From assembly GCA_035605035.1 (NCBI GenBank), contig DATNHI010000106.1, positions 849 through 64,848 of the forward strand: 64,000 nucleotides of DNA. Reading direction: 5' to 3'. Made by a program: the position numbers and the translations under genes. This document shows positions 8,977-17,469 of the stretch, piece after piece; the first letter of the stretch is position 1; the number at the start of each line of letters is the position of its first letter. Origin of the DNA: Verrucomicrobiia bacterium (GTDB lineage Bacteria > Verrucomicrobiota > Verrucomicrobiia > Limisphaerales > UBA11358). Below the pieces are notes generated by a model. That model did not search any database. It saw only the letters and a list, made by a program, of their open reading frames with translations, and was not told the origin of the DNA.

Positions 8977-9197
8977 GCCGGCTGCACCACGGAAAAATGA
9001 TTGCCCATCACGCGCGAAGCGTAATCGAGACACGCCTGAACGTCAGCACGCGTGAGCCTGGGATACTCCGCGAGCACGTCCTCGACCGAATCGCCGGCGG
9101 CAAGGAATTCCAACACCGTCTGCACCGTGATGCGGGTGCCGCGAACGACCGGCCGCCCGTTGCAAACATCCGGCTTGATGGAGATGCGTTCCGACAT
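8973..9197 (-). CDS. DUF433-like putative antitoxin
   Basis: ISIKPDVCNGRPVVRGTRITVQTVLEFLAAGDSVEDVLAEYPRLTRADVQACLDYA is the typical DUF433 pattern. Confidence 0.75.
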   Translation of the reverse strand: MSERISIKPDVCNGRPVVRGTRITVQTVLEFLAAGDSVEDVLAEYPRLTRADVQACLDYASRVMGNHFSVVQPA

Positions 9198-9486
9198 GCC
9201 GTTACGCTAGCACATTTATGCGTGAATCCAAGAGGAAAAGCGGCGCGCTGGAGCGACACGGGCATTTGCGCAGGAGCGCGGACAGCTTGTCCGCGAGTTG
9301 AATTTGCTGCTTCCATGCATACGCGGGCAGGCTGCCCGCGCTCCGAAATCAAAAGCCCGTCACGGCTGACATCTTTGTAGTCCAATAATCCAGATCAAGC
9401 TAAAGCTCCGTTAGGAGCGGCATCATCGGGAAATCTGCACGGAATATACCGCGCCTGCGAAGTTTCAATCGGCCCTGGCGTTACTG

Positions 9487-9717
9487 CTAAGGACCTACTG
9501 GCCGAGCAAGTTTTATATCTTTCATCTCGTTTTCGTCTGGTGTCGCCACCACCAGATTCACATTACAAGTGAATTGCCTGACCGTTTTTGAACCTCCACT
9601 GACCGCTGTATAAGTGTATTTACCGTTCGAATAAGCTGCCACCCTTATGACATCACCATCAACCACATTTCCCTCGCGGGCATAGTCGGTGAAATGGAGA
9701 CAGTGATTGCTGGTCAT
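9487..9717 (-). CDS. small hypothetical protein in an AT-richer patch
   Basis: ORF only (MTSNHCLHFTDYAREGNVVDGDVIRVAAYSNGKYTYTAVSGG...). Visibly lower GC than surroundings. No family recognised. Confidence 0.3.
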   Translation of the reverse strand: MTSNHCLHFTDYAREGNVVDGDVIRVAAYSNGKYTYTAVSGGSKTVRQFTCNVNLVVATPDENEMKDIKLARPVGP

Positions 9718-9886
9718 GATTGGTATAGGGAAACAAACAGCCGTATGCTTAAAAGTCTCAGGGAATCTAACTTGGGATCGCAGATGATTCCCCATCCGGT
9801 GCGGGCCTAAACAGCGGCCTTGCACCCGCCGATGTCATAAGTGAAATTTTCTCGCCCGCGAATCCTTTTGCGGATTTAATCTCCCT

Positions 9887-10978
9887 GTGAAACAAAAGGC
9901 TTATGCCCGGGCGGGCGTGGATATTGATTTGGGCAACCGGGTCAAATCCACCCTGCCGCAACTGCTCGCCGCCACGCATCGCCGTGAGGTGCTCGGCAAA
10001 GTCGGCGGCTTCGGTGGTTTGTTCGCGCTCGACCTCAAGAAATACCGCGAGCCGGTCCTCGTATCGTCCGTGGACGGCGTCGGCACCAAGCTCAAAATCG
10101 CCTTCGCCATGGACCGGCACGACACCATCGGCGCCGACCTCGTGAACCATTGCGTGAACGACATCGCCGTGCTGGGCGCCGAGCCGCTGTTCTTCCTGGA
10201 TTATCTCGGCACGGGCAAACTCGAGCCGCACGTTTTCACCGAAATCATCAAGGGCTTCGCGCGCGCGTGCTCCGAAAACCATTGCGCACTCATCGGTGGC
10301 GAGACGGCGCAGATGCCTGGCTTTTACCAGAAAGGCGAATACGACGTGAGCGGCACCATCGTCGGCGTCGTCGAAAAAAGCAAAATGCTCAACGGCCAGA
10401 AAACTGTGCGCGTCGGCGATGCGGTCGTTGGCATCGCGTCCAGCGGCTTGCACACGAACGGCTATTCGCTCGCCCGGAAAATCTTTTTCGAGCAATTGAA
10501 ATTGAAACCCACCAGCCGCGTGCCGGGACTGAAAGGCACGATTGGTTACGAACTGCTGAAAGTCCATGTAAGCTACGGGCCGTTGGTGCAAAAGTTAATT
10601 GCAAAGTTCAACAACGTAGCGCAGACGTCTCGTCTGCACAGCAAAAGCAGGCGGGACGCCTGCGCTACTATCAAAGCCTTCGCCCACATCACCGGCGGCG
10701 GGTTTGTGGACAACATCCCGCGCGTTCTCCCGAAAAATTGCGACGTCGTCATCCACAAAGGTTCGTGGGACATGCTGCCGATTTTCGAAATCATCGAAGC
10801 CAAAGGTGGTGTGCCGGAAACCGAGCTTTATCAGGTGTTCAACATGGGCATCGGCATTGTGGCGATTGTGTCGGCGGCCAAGGCAGGCGCGATTTTGAAA
10901 TTCATCCGCAGCCAGAAGCACCGGGCGTGGCTCATTGGCGAAGTGGTGAAGGGCCAAGGCCAGGCGCGGGTGATTTGA
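9887..10978 (+). CDS. purM: phosphoribosylformylglycinamidine cyclo-ligase (AIR synthetase) with an in-frame palindromic insertion
   Basis: AYARAGVDIDLGN...GGFGGLFAL...DGVGTKL...AHITGGGFVDNIPRVLP. GTG start. Confidence 0.9.
   Translation: MKQKAYARAGVDIDLGNRVKSTLPQLLAATHRREVLGKVGGFGGLFALDLKKYREPVLVSSVDGVGTKLKIAFAMDRHDTIGADLVNHCVNDIAVLGAEPLFFLDYLGTGKLEPHVFTEIIKGFARACSENHCALIGGETAQMPGFYQKGEYDVSGTIVGVVEKSKMLNGQKTVRVGDAVVGIASSGLHTNGYSLARKIFFEQLKLKPTSRVPGLKGTIGYELLKVHVSYGPLVQKLIAKFNNVAQTSRLHSKSRRDACATIKAFAHITGGGFVDNIPRVLPKNCDVVIHKGSWDMLPIFEIIEAKGGVPETELYQVFNMGIGIVAIVSAAKAGAILKFIRSQKHRAWLIGEVVKGQGQARVI
10621..10662. repeat. two small GC hairpins inside the purM CDS (in frame)
   Basis: gcagacg-tct-cgtctgc and caggcg-gga-cgcctg. 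Translated as QTSRLHSKSRRDACAT, just before the conserved AHITGGG. Confidence 0.8.
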
Positions 10979-10981
10979 AAG

Positions 10982-11503
10982 ATGATATTGCGGACACCGT
11001 ATCGCTCAAGTCGCCCGTCAATTGACATGCTGGCAGTCAATTGGGCTGTCTTCAGTTTCGTGATGATGGTGGTTTTTGTCATTGGACTTGCGCTGCCGCA
11101 GCAATTCATAAAATTTGCAGTCTCCTTTCCGACAGGATTCATTCTGGCCGGTATTTTTGCGATCAGCTTGCACAGCCTCATAATCTTTCTTTTGTCGCGG
11201 TCCAAAAAACTGCGAACCGCTGCCGCATACACCGATGGAAGGGCGGTCAAAATATTGGAGTACACCGTATCAGCGGTCTGCTGGGTTTTATATTCTTTGT
11301 TGTGGTGGTATGGCGCGCTTGAAGCGACAGCGATTTTTCTTTTCGTTCCAACCTACTTTGTGACGTCGTTAGTAGTTTATCATGTCTGCTTCAACTACTT
11401 CGCGCGCGACGAAATCAACAAAAAGACTCTGTGGGTGTTGGTGGGAAATATCTGGACCCTCGGCCACTACGCCTTGATCTTTTTGAAGGTTCTCAAACCA
11501 TAG
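10982..11503 (+). CDS. hypothetical multi-pass membrane protein (cargo behind purM)
   Basis: 173-aa ORF with several hydrophobic segments. AT-richer than flanks. Starts 3 nt after the purM stop. Confidence 0.55.
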   Translation: MILRTPYRSSRPSIDMLAVNWAVFSFVMMVVFVIGLALPQQFIKFAVSFPTGFILAGIFAISLHSLIIFLLSRSKKLRTAAAYTDGRAVKILEYTVSAVCWVLYSLLWWYGALEATAIFLFVPTYFVTSLVVYHVCFNYFARDEINKKTLWVLVGNIWTLGHYALIFLKVLKP

Positions 11504-11509
11504 TTTTTT

Positions 11510-11585
11510 TCTCACAAACTCAAGCAGCCCGGCGTGGTTCATCGGTGAAGTCGTCAAAGGCAAAGGCGAAGCGCGGGTGGAATAA
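11510..11585 (+). pseudogene. ghost purM 3' end
   Basis: Reads ...AWFIGEVVKGKGEARVE* versus real PurM ...AWLIGEVVKGQGQARVI*. 42/55 nt identical by hand count, same frame and same stop position; several differences are synonymous. Confidence 0.8.
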
Positions 11586-11755
11586 GCCCGAAGTCCGAAT
11601 ACCGAAATCCGACCCGTCCTCCGTAGCAGCACTGCGGAGGGTGGAAAGAAATCCGAATTGCGAAATCCGATCAAGTGAGGCGAGCACTCACGAGCATTTC
11701 GGGCTTCGGGTTTCGGCCTTCTTTTGGAATTCGGATTTCGGGCTTCGGATTTATC
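11586..11755. repeat. composite heptad-periodic inverted repeat (atccgaa / ttcggat units) with a nested cctccgtagcag..ctgcggagg hairpin
   Basis: Left side cccgaagtccgaataccgaaatccga...atccgaattgcgaaatccga. Right side cttcgggtttcgg...ggaattcggatttcgggcttcggattt. Confidence 0.8.
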
Positions 11756-12787
11756 TCAGTAACTCATCCGGTCCAGCTTCACCTTGCCGCGGAAAATCCA
11801 GTAGATGCAGACGGTGTAGGCAATCACCAGCGGCACGCCGATGCACGCGATGATGAGCATAATCTCCAACGTCTTCGGCGAGGACGCGGCGTTGATAATC
11901 GTCAGGCTGTTTTCCGGGTTCGGTTGGCTGAAGACGAGATTCGGATATTGGTCCAGGCCAAACAACGCCATCAGCGTAATCATCGTCGCGCACGATGACA
12001 GGAACGCCTTCCAGTCGCGGCCGTGGTAAAATTCGCGCGGGATGTTGGCGATGGCGAGCATGTTCGCCAGCGCGATGCTGAACAACCAGGGATTTTCCCG
12101 CACGCGCGCCGCCATGTGCGGAACGTAGAGCAGTGTGGCCATCGTCGTGATGGCAGCGCAGATCACGAAGAAAATGATGCTGTTCATCGCCCAGCCGCGC
12201 AATTTGTCGTGGAGCGGGCCTTCGGTTTTCATCAGGCCGTAAATCGCGCCGTGCATCATGAACAACGCGACGGTCGTAACACCGAGCAGCAACGGATACG
12301 GTTTGAGCAAACCCAAAAACGTCCCGGCGAATTCGCCGTTTTTGTCAATCGGAACGCCCCAGGCGATGTTGCCCATCGCTACACCGATGAGCAACGCTGA
12401 CACAAGGCTGCCGGCAGAAAAGCCGATGTCCCACATCTGTCGCCACCAGCGCATCGGTTGTTTGCTGCGGAATTCGATGGCCACGGCGCGAAAGATCAGC
12501 GCCACCAGCAGCAGGACGAAAGCCAGATAAAAACCGGAGAACACCGTGGCATAAACGTTCGGAAACGCGGCGAAGAGCGCGCCGCCGCCGGTGACCAGCC
12601 AGACTTCGTTGCCGTCCCAGACAGGCCCGATGGCATTGAGCAACGTGCGCCGTTCCATATCATCCTTCGTGAACAGGTGGAGCGCGCCGATGCCGAGATC
12701 AAAGCCGTCGAGCATCGCGTAGCCGGTAAACAGCACCCCGACGAGGATGAACCAAGTAGTATTCAGATCAAAATTGGCAGAGTTCAT
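11756..12787 (-). CDS. cydB: cytochrome bd ubiquinol oxidase subunit II
   Basis: MNSANFDLNTTWFILVGVLFTGYAMLDGFDLG is a typical CydB N-terminus. ORF track start 12868 reads through the repeat (SDFGIRISDF) and is rejected. Confidence 0.85.
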   Translation of the reverse strand: MNSANFDLNTTWFILVGVLFTGYAMLDGFDLGIGALHLFTKDDMERRTLLNAIGPVWDGNEVWLVTGGGALFAAFPNVYATVFSGFYLAFVLLLVALIFRAVAIEFRSKQPMRWWRQMWDIGFSAGSLVSALLIGVAMGNIAWGVPIDKNGEFAGTFLGLLKPYPLLLGVTTVALFMMHGAIYGLMKTEGPLHDKLRGWAMNSIIFFVICAAITTMATLLYVPHMAARVRENPWLFSIALANMLAIANIPREFYHGRDWKAFLSSCATMITLMALFGLDQYPNLVFSQPNPENSLTIINAASSPKTLEIMLIIACIGVPLVIAYTVCIYWIFRGKVKLDRMSY

Positions 12788-12965
12788 GGGTGGCAGGAAA
12801 TCCGAAATCCGAATGCCGAAATCCGAAAGAAATCCGAATACCGAATTCCAAAAAAGCGCGGCGCACAATCACTGGCATTCCGGGTTTCGGATTTCGGGCT
12901 TCTTTCGGGTTTCGGATTTCGAGCCTCGGATTTTGGGCATCGGGTTTCGGATTTTGAGTTCATGG
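12788..12965. repeat. heptad-periodic inverted repeat filling the cydA-cydB spacer
   Basis: aatccgaaatccgaatgccgaaatccgaaagaaatccgaataccgaa ... ggtttcggatttcgggcttctttcgggtttcggatttcgagcctcggattttgggcatcgggtttcggatttt. Confidence 0.85.
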
Positions 12966-14327
12966 TTATTCCCGTGTTGGCAAAGCGAGCTTGCCTGCCG
13001 GGGTCAGGTCAGCGTCGTCCGGTCCGTGCTGGATCTTGTCGTTGAGCAGATAAATGAACACCGCGAACAGCAGGAAATAAATGAACGTGAACAAAATCAG
13101 CGACGAGAGAACGGCACTTTTTGCCACGACGGCCGACAAACCCGCCGGCGTGCGCATCAGGCCATAGACAATCCATGGTTGGCGTCCGACTTCGGCGGCG
13201 AACCAACCGAGCTGGTTGGCGATTTGCGGTCCGAGCACGGAGAAAACGAGGATCCACAGCAGCCAGCGCCGTTCATGCAGCGAGCCGTGGCGGAAATACA
13301 AAAAGCCCAGTGCTGCAATCGCGATCATCGTGAAGCCGACGCCTACCATGCCGTGAAAAAACAGGAACGACGCTTCGACCGGCGGACGGTCTTCGGGCGC
13401 GAAGGCGTCCAGACCGGTTACCATCGTTTTGGTTTCAAAGCCGACGAGAAAACTCAACAGCCCCGGCCATTGCAGGCCAACGACCTTCTCCTGTTTTTCG
13501 TCCACATAACCCACGAGCGTCAGCGGTGCGTTGGAAGAAGTTTCATAGAGTCCTTCAAACGCGGCGAGTTTGGCCGGCTGATTTTTCGCCACGCTTCGGG
13601 CACTGCTGTCACCGCTGACCAGTTGCAGCAGCGAGGCGACCAGCGCGACGGTCAAACCGACCCGTAGCGATGCCCGCGCAAAATCCAAGTTTCGTTTCTT
13701 CAGAAGATACCACGCGCTGACGCTCACCACGAGGAACGCGCCCGCCTGCCACGCCCCGCACAACACGTGAAACAGCCGGTCCACCATTGATGGATTGAAC
13801 ACCAGTTGCCAGAAATCCTTGACTTCCGCGCGCGCCACGCCGTTGTGAGTCACGATTTGGTAACCGGCGGGCGTCTGCATCCACGAGTTGGCGACGACGA
13901 TCCAGACCGCGCTGAAATGCGCGCCCAGACAGACCATGCACGTGGAAAAGAAATGCAGCTTGCGACTGACTTTGTCCCAACCAAACAACAACACCGCGAG
14001 AAAACCGGATTCGAGGAAGAACGCGAAGATCCCTTCCGCTGCCAGCGCGCTGCCGAACACGTCGCCGACAAAACGCGAATACGTCGCCCAGTTTGTGCCG
14101 AACTCGAATTCCATCACGATGCCGGTCGCCACGCCGATGGCGAAGGTGAGGGCGAAGACCTTCGTCCAGAATCGTGCCATCTGGTGATAGACCGGATTTT
14201 TGGTTTTGAGCCACAATCCCTCCATGCAGAGGAGCAGAATGCCAAGGCCGATGCTTAACGGCGGGTAGAGATAATGAAACGCGACCGTGGCCCCGAACTG
14301 GATGCGGGCAAGTGTCAATACATCCAT
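12966..14327 (-). CDS. cydA: cytochrome bd ubiquinol oxidase subunit I
   Basis: [28 protein letters not shown]...[12 protein letters not shown] are CydA hallmarks. Confidence 0.9.
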   Translation of the reverse strand: MDVLTLARIQFGATVAFHYLYPPLSIGLGILLLCMEGLWLKTKNPVYHQMARFWTKVFALTFAIGVATGIVMEFEFGTNWATYSRFVGDVFGSALAAEGIFAFFLESGFLAVLLFGWDKVSRKLHFFSTCMVCLGAHFSAVWIVVANSWMQTPAGYQIVTHNGVARAEVKDFWQLVFNPSMVDRLFHVLCGAWQAGAFLVVSVSAWYLLKKRNLDFARASLRVGLTVALVASLLQLVSGDSSARSVAKNQPAKLAAFEGLYETSSNAPLTLVGYVDEKQEKVVGLQWPGLLSFLVGFETKTMVTGLDAFAPEDRPPVEASFLFFHGMVGVGFTMIAIAALGFLYFRHGSLHERRWLLWILVFSVLGPQIANQLGWFAAEVGRQPWIVYGLMRTPAGLSAVVAKSAVLSSLILFTFIYFLLFAVFIYLLNDKIQHGPDDADLTPAGKLALPTRE

Positions 14328-14419
14328 ACGCCCTAATTTTGCCGGGGCGAAGTCAAACGGTCAAGACGCCAAAAAAGGAATCAAAAAACATTTTCCCGAT
14401 TTGTTGATTTCCTGATTCA

Positions 14420-15784
14420 ATGCTTTCGGCAATGAAACTTCTGGTCATCGGTTCGGGCGGACGCGAACACGCGCTGGTGTGGAAACTCGCGCAGTCACCG
14501 CACGTCACCCAACTGTGGTGCGCGCCGGGTAACGCTGGAATCGGACAGGAAATAGTGGGACAGGCTTCCAGCCTGTCTGTGGCAACGAACAGGCAAGATG
14601 CCTGTGCCACGGCACGGGCCGCAAAAAATTCTCCCCTTGTCGAATGCGTCAATATTTCCGCCGGAGATTTGCCAAAGCTTCTCGCGTTCGCGCAGGAGAA
14701 GAAAATCGAACTTACCGTCGTCGGCCCGGACAATCCGCTGGCGCTAGGCATCGTGGATTTATTCCAAAAAAACGGCCTGCGAATCTGGGGTCCGAACCGG
14801 AAGGCCGCGCAGTTCGAGTCGTCCAAGGTTTTCTCGCAGCGGTTCGTGGAGAAATACGGCATCCCAACGGCGCGCGCCGGGACGTTTTCGGTGGCAGGAC
14901 CCGCCAAGGCCTTTGCCGCGTCACTCGGCGGCAAATGCGCCGTGAAAGCCGACGGCCTCGCGCTCGGCAAAGGCGTTCTGATTTGCACGAACATGGCAGA
15001 AGCGAACAAGGCGATTGACGAAATCCTGGTCGGCAAAGCCTTTGGCGCGGCGGGCGCAAAGATTGTCATCCAGGAATTTCTGGAGGGCATGGAAATTTCG
15101 CTGCACGCGCTGTGCGACGGTAAAACGGCGAAGCTTTTTCCGACGTCACAGGACCACAAACGCGCGCTGGACTGTGATAAAGGTTTGAATACAGGCGGCA
15201 TGGGCACCTATTCGCCGACGCCGTTCCTGAGCGAAAAGGAATTGGCGGAGACGAGCCGCAAGATTCTGGAACCGTTCACGCGTGGTTGCGCGGCGGAGGG
15301 TATTGATTTTCGCGGCATTCTATATCCCGGCATCATGCTCACGAAGTCCGGCCCGAAGGTGCTGGAATTTAACGCCCGGCTCGGTGACCCGGAAACGCAA
15401 GTCTATCTGCCGCGGCTGGAAAACGACCTGGTCGAACTGCTCGACGCCAGCGCCAGCGGCACACTCGATAAAATGGAATTAAAATGGAGTCCGGTGGCGG
15501 CGGTTTGTGTGGTCATGGCCAGCGGCGGTTATCCCGGCAGTTACACGAAGGGCCAGCCCATCCTGGGTCTGGCCGAAGCGGCGAGATTGCCGAACACAAA
15601 AGTATTTCATGCTGGAACGGCATTGAAGGACGGTCAAATCGTGACGAACGGCGGCCGGGTCCTTGGGGTGACCGCGCTCGGCAAGGATTTGAAATCCGCA
15701 CAGGCGGCGGCCTATGCGGCAGTTGAAAAAATCCATTTCGACGGCGCGCATTTCCGCCGCGATATCGCGGCGAAGGCGCTTTGA
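14420..15784 (+). CDS. purD: phosphoribosylamine--glycine ligase with an in-frame palindromic insertion
   Basis: MKLLVIGSGGREHALVWKLAQSP (likely start 14432)...CAPGNAG...ATP-grasp core...GGRVLGVTALG. Confidence 0.9.
   Translation: MLSAMKLLVIGSGGREHALVWKLAQSPHVTQLWCAPGNAGIGQEIVGQASSLSVATNRQDACATARAAKNSPLVECVNISAGDLPKLLAFAQEKKIELTVVGPDNPLALGIVDLFQKNGLRIWGPNRKAAQFESSKVFSQRFVEKYGIPTARAGTFSVAGPAKAFAASLGGKCAVKADGLALGKGVLICTNMAEANKAIDEILVGKAFGAAGAKIVIQEFLEGMEISLHALCDGKTAKLFPTSQDHKRALDCDKGLNTGGMGTYSPTPFLSEKELAETSRKILEPFTRGCAAEGIDFRGILYPGIMLTKSGPKVLEFNARLGDPETQVYLPRLENDLVELLDASASGTLDKMELKWSPVAAVCVVMASGGYPGSYTKGQPILGLAEAARLPNTKVFHAGTALKDGQIVTNGGRVLGVTALGKDLKSAQAAAYAAVEKIHFDGAHFRRDIAAKAL
14559..14605. 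repeat. two small hairpins inside the purD CDS (in frame)
   Basis: gacaggc-ttcca-gcctgtc and acaggca-aga-tgcctgt. Translated as GQASSLSVATNRQDACAT in the loop after CAPGNAG. Confidence 0.8.
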
Positions 15785-15816
15785 CCGCGAAATTTTATTA
15801 ATGACCCGGAACGTGC

Positions 15817-17370
15817 ATGTTGGTTGCCCGGCCACTTAATGCCACGATGCTCTCCCGACTCTTCCGCCGCAAATCGCTCGACCAACTGAGTGCCGAGGCG
15901 ATAGCGCCGCAGTTTCAGCTCAAACGCGCGCTCGGGCCGGTGCACCTGACATTGCTCGGAGTGGGCGCGGTCATCGGCGCCGGCATCTTCTCTTCCATCG
16001 GCGACGCGGTGGCGGGTGGGCAGAATCATCCCGGCGCCGGCCCGGCAGTCATTGTGTCGTTTGTGTTGTCGGCGATTGCGTGTGCCCTGGCGGGATTGTG
16101 CTACGCGGAGTTTGCCGCCATGGTGCCGGTGTCCGGTTCGGCTTATACCTATACTTACGCCACGTTGGGCGAACTGGCCGCGTGGATCATCGGTTGGGAT
16201 CTTATCCTCGAATACGCCATCGGCAACGTCGCCGTGGCGATCTCGTGGTCGGCTTACTTTCAGGAACTGCTGCGCGGGCTGGGCCTGCACTGGCCGTTAT
16301 GGCTGGGCGTGGATTTTCGTTCGGCACTGCAGGCCGCGAAGCAGATCGCCGCGGCCAAGGCCGCCGGCATTGATCCGGCGACCCTGGATGCAACGGTGCG
16401 AGAGGCAGCCCAGGCGTTTACGGACGCGCCGCGCCTGGCTGGCGTGCCGCTCATCTTCAACTTACCCGGGTTCGGCATTGTGATGCTGTTGACCTGGATT
16501 CTGGTCATCGGCATCCGCGAAAGTTCCTGGTTCAATTCGGCGATGGTGATTGTGAAGCTCGTCATCCTGGCTTTTTTCATGACTTTGGGCGCGTTCTACG
16601 TGAAACCGGAAAACTGGACGCCATTTGCGCCCAACGGCTGGGCCGGCATCACCAGCGCCGCGGCGATCATCTTTTTTGCTTACATTGGTTTTGATGCGGT
16701 TTCAACCGCCGCCGAGGAAACCCGCCAGCCGCAGCGCAACGTGCCAATCGGCATTCTCGCCAGCCTCGCCGTTTGCACGGTCATCTACATCGTGGTGGCG
16801 GTGGTGCTGACCGGCCTCATACGGTGGGACAAACTGGGCACGGCCGAGCCGCTGGCTACGGCATTTTCCGGGCTGGGGCTGAACTGGGCCGTAGGCATTA
16901 TTTCCGTCGGCGCGCTGGTGGCGAACACGTCGGTGCTGCTCGTCTTTCAGTTCGGGCAACCGCGCATTTTTTTCAGCATGGCGCGCGACGGCTTGTTGCC
17001 GGCCTGGGCGGCAAAAGTTCATCCCCGGTACCGCACACCGCACGTGACGACCATCCTGACCGGTGTGCTGGTCGCGGGCTTTGCCGGGATTACGAACCTC
17101 AACGAAATGCTGGAGCTTTGCAACATCGGTACGCTGTTTGCTTTCGTGCTGGTGGCGACCGGCATCCTGATCCTGCGGCGCACGGACCCCGACCGCCCGC
17201 GATCGTTTCGCACGCCGCTGTGTCCGTGGGTGCCGTTGGCGGCCATCCTTTCCTGCGGCTGGTTGATGCTCAAGTTACCGTGGAAAACCTGGTGGTGGTT
17301 CTTTGTCTGGCTCGCCGTCGGGCTGCTGATTTATTTTCCCTACAGCATGCGGCGGAGCCGGCTCCGGTGA
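15817..17370 (+). CDS. APC-family amino acid permease (cargo behind purD)
   Basis: About 12 hydrophobic segments. GVGAVIGAGIFSSIG and FFAYIGFDAVSTAAEE motifs. Alternative start 15847. Confidence 0.8.
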   Translation: MLVARPLNATMLSRLFRRKSLDQLSAEAIAPQFQLKRALGPVHLTLLGVGAVIGAGIFSSIGDAVAGGQNHPGAGPAVIVSFVLSAIACALAGLCYAEFAAMVPVSGSAYTYTYATLGELAAWIIGWDLILEYAIGNVAVAISWSAYFQELLRGLGLHWPLWLGVDFRSALQAAKQIAAAKAAGIDPATLDATVREAAQAFTDAPRLAGVPLIFNLPGFGIVMLLTWILVIGIRESSWFNSAMVIVKLVILAFFMTLGAFYVKPENWTPFAPNGWAGITSAAAIIFFAYIGFDAVSTAAEETRQPQRNVPIGILASLAVCTVIYIVVAVVLTGLIRWDKLGTAEPLATAFSGLGLNWAVGIISVGALVANTSVLLVFQFGQPRIFFSMARDGLLPAWAAKVHPRYRTPHVTTILTGVLVAGFAGITNLNEMLELCNIGTLFAFVLVATGILILRRTDPDRPRSFRTPLCPWVPLAAILSCGWLMLKLPWKTWWWFFVWLAVGLLIYFPYSMRRSRLR

Positions 17371-17384
17371 GCCAAGTCGTGAAA

Positions 17385-17456
17385 TCGGTCAACGGAAGAA
17401 AAATCCATTTCGACGGCGCGCATTTTCGCCACGACATCGCGGCGAAGGCATTTTGA
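17385..17456 (+). pseudogene. ghost purD 3' end, copy 1
   Basis: ...KIHFDGAHFRHDIAAKAF* versus real ...KIHFDGAHFRRDIAAKAL*. 49/54 nt identical over the terminal block by hand count. Confidence 0.9.
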
Positions 17457-17469
17457 ATTGCGAAAAAAA

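Noticed and set aside
11586-12965. Periodic repeats considered as a CRISPR array.
   Set aside because: The units are 7 nt, tandem and without spacers, and are arranged as two complementary arms. No cas genes are present.
11431-13667. ORFs translating the repeat elements (SDFGLRISDFG, IYDLRFTI, LELGAWSL, WTVDCGL, and similar). Examples: 11431-11853(+), 11675-11998(+), 12747-13667(+), 34268 start of ribF, 12868 start of cydB.
   Set aside because: These are reading-frame artefacts of stop-free periodic repeats. The true gene starts lie beyond the repeats.
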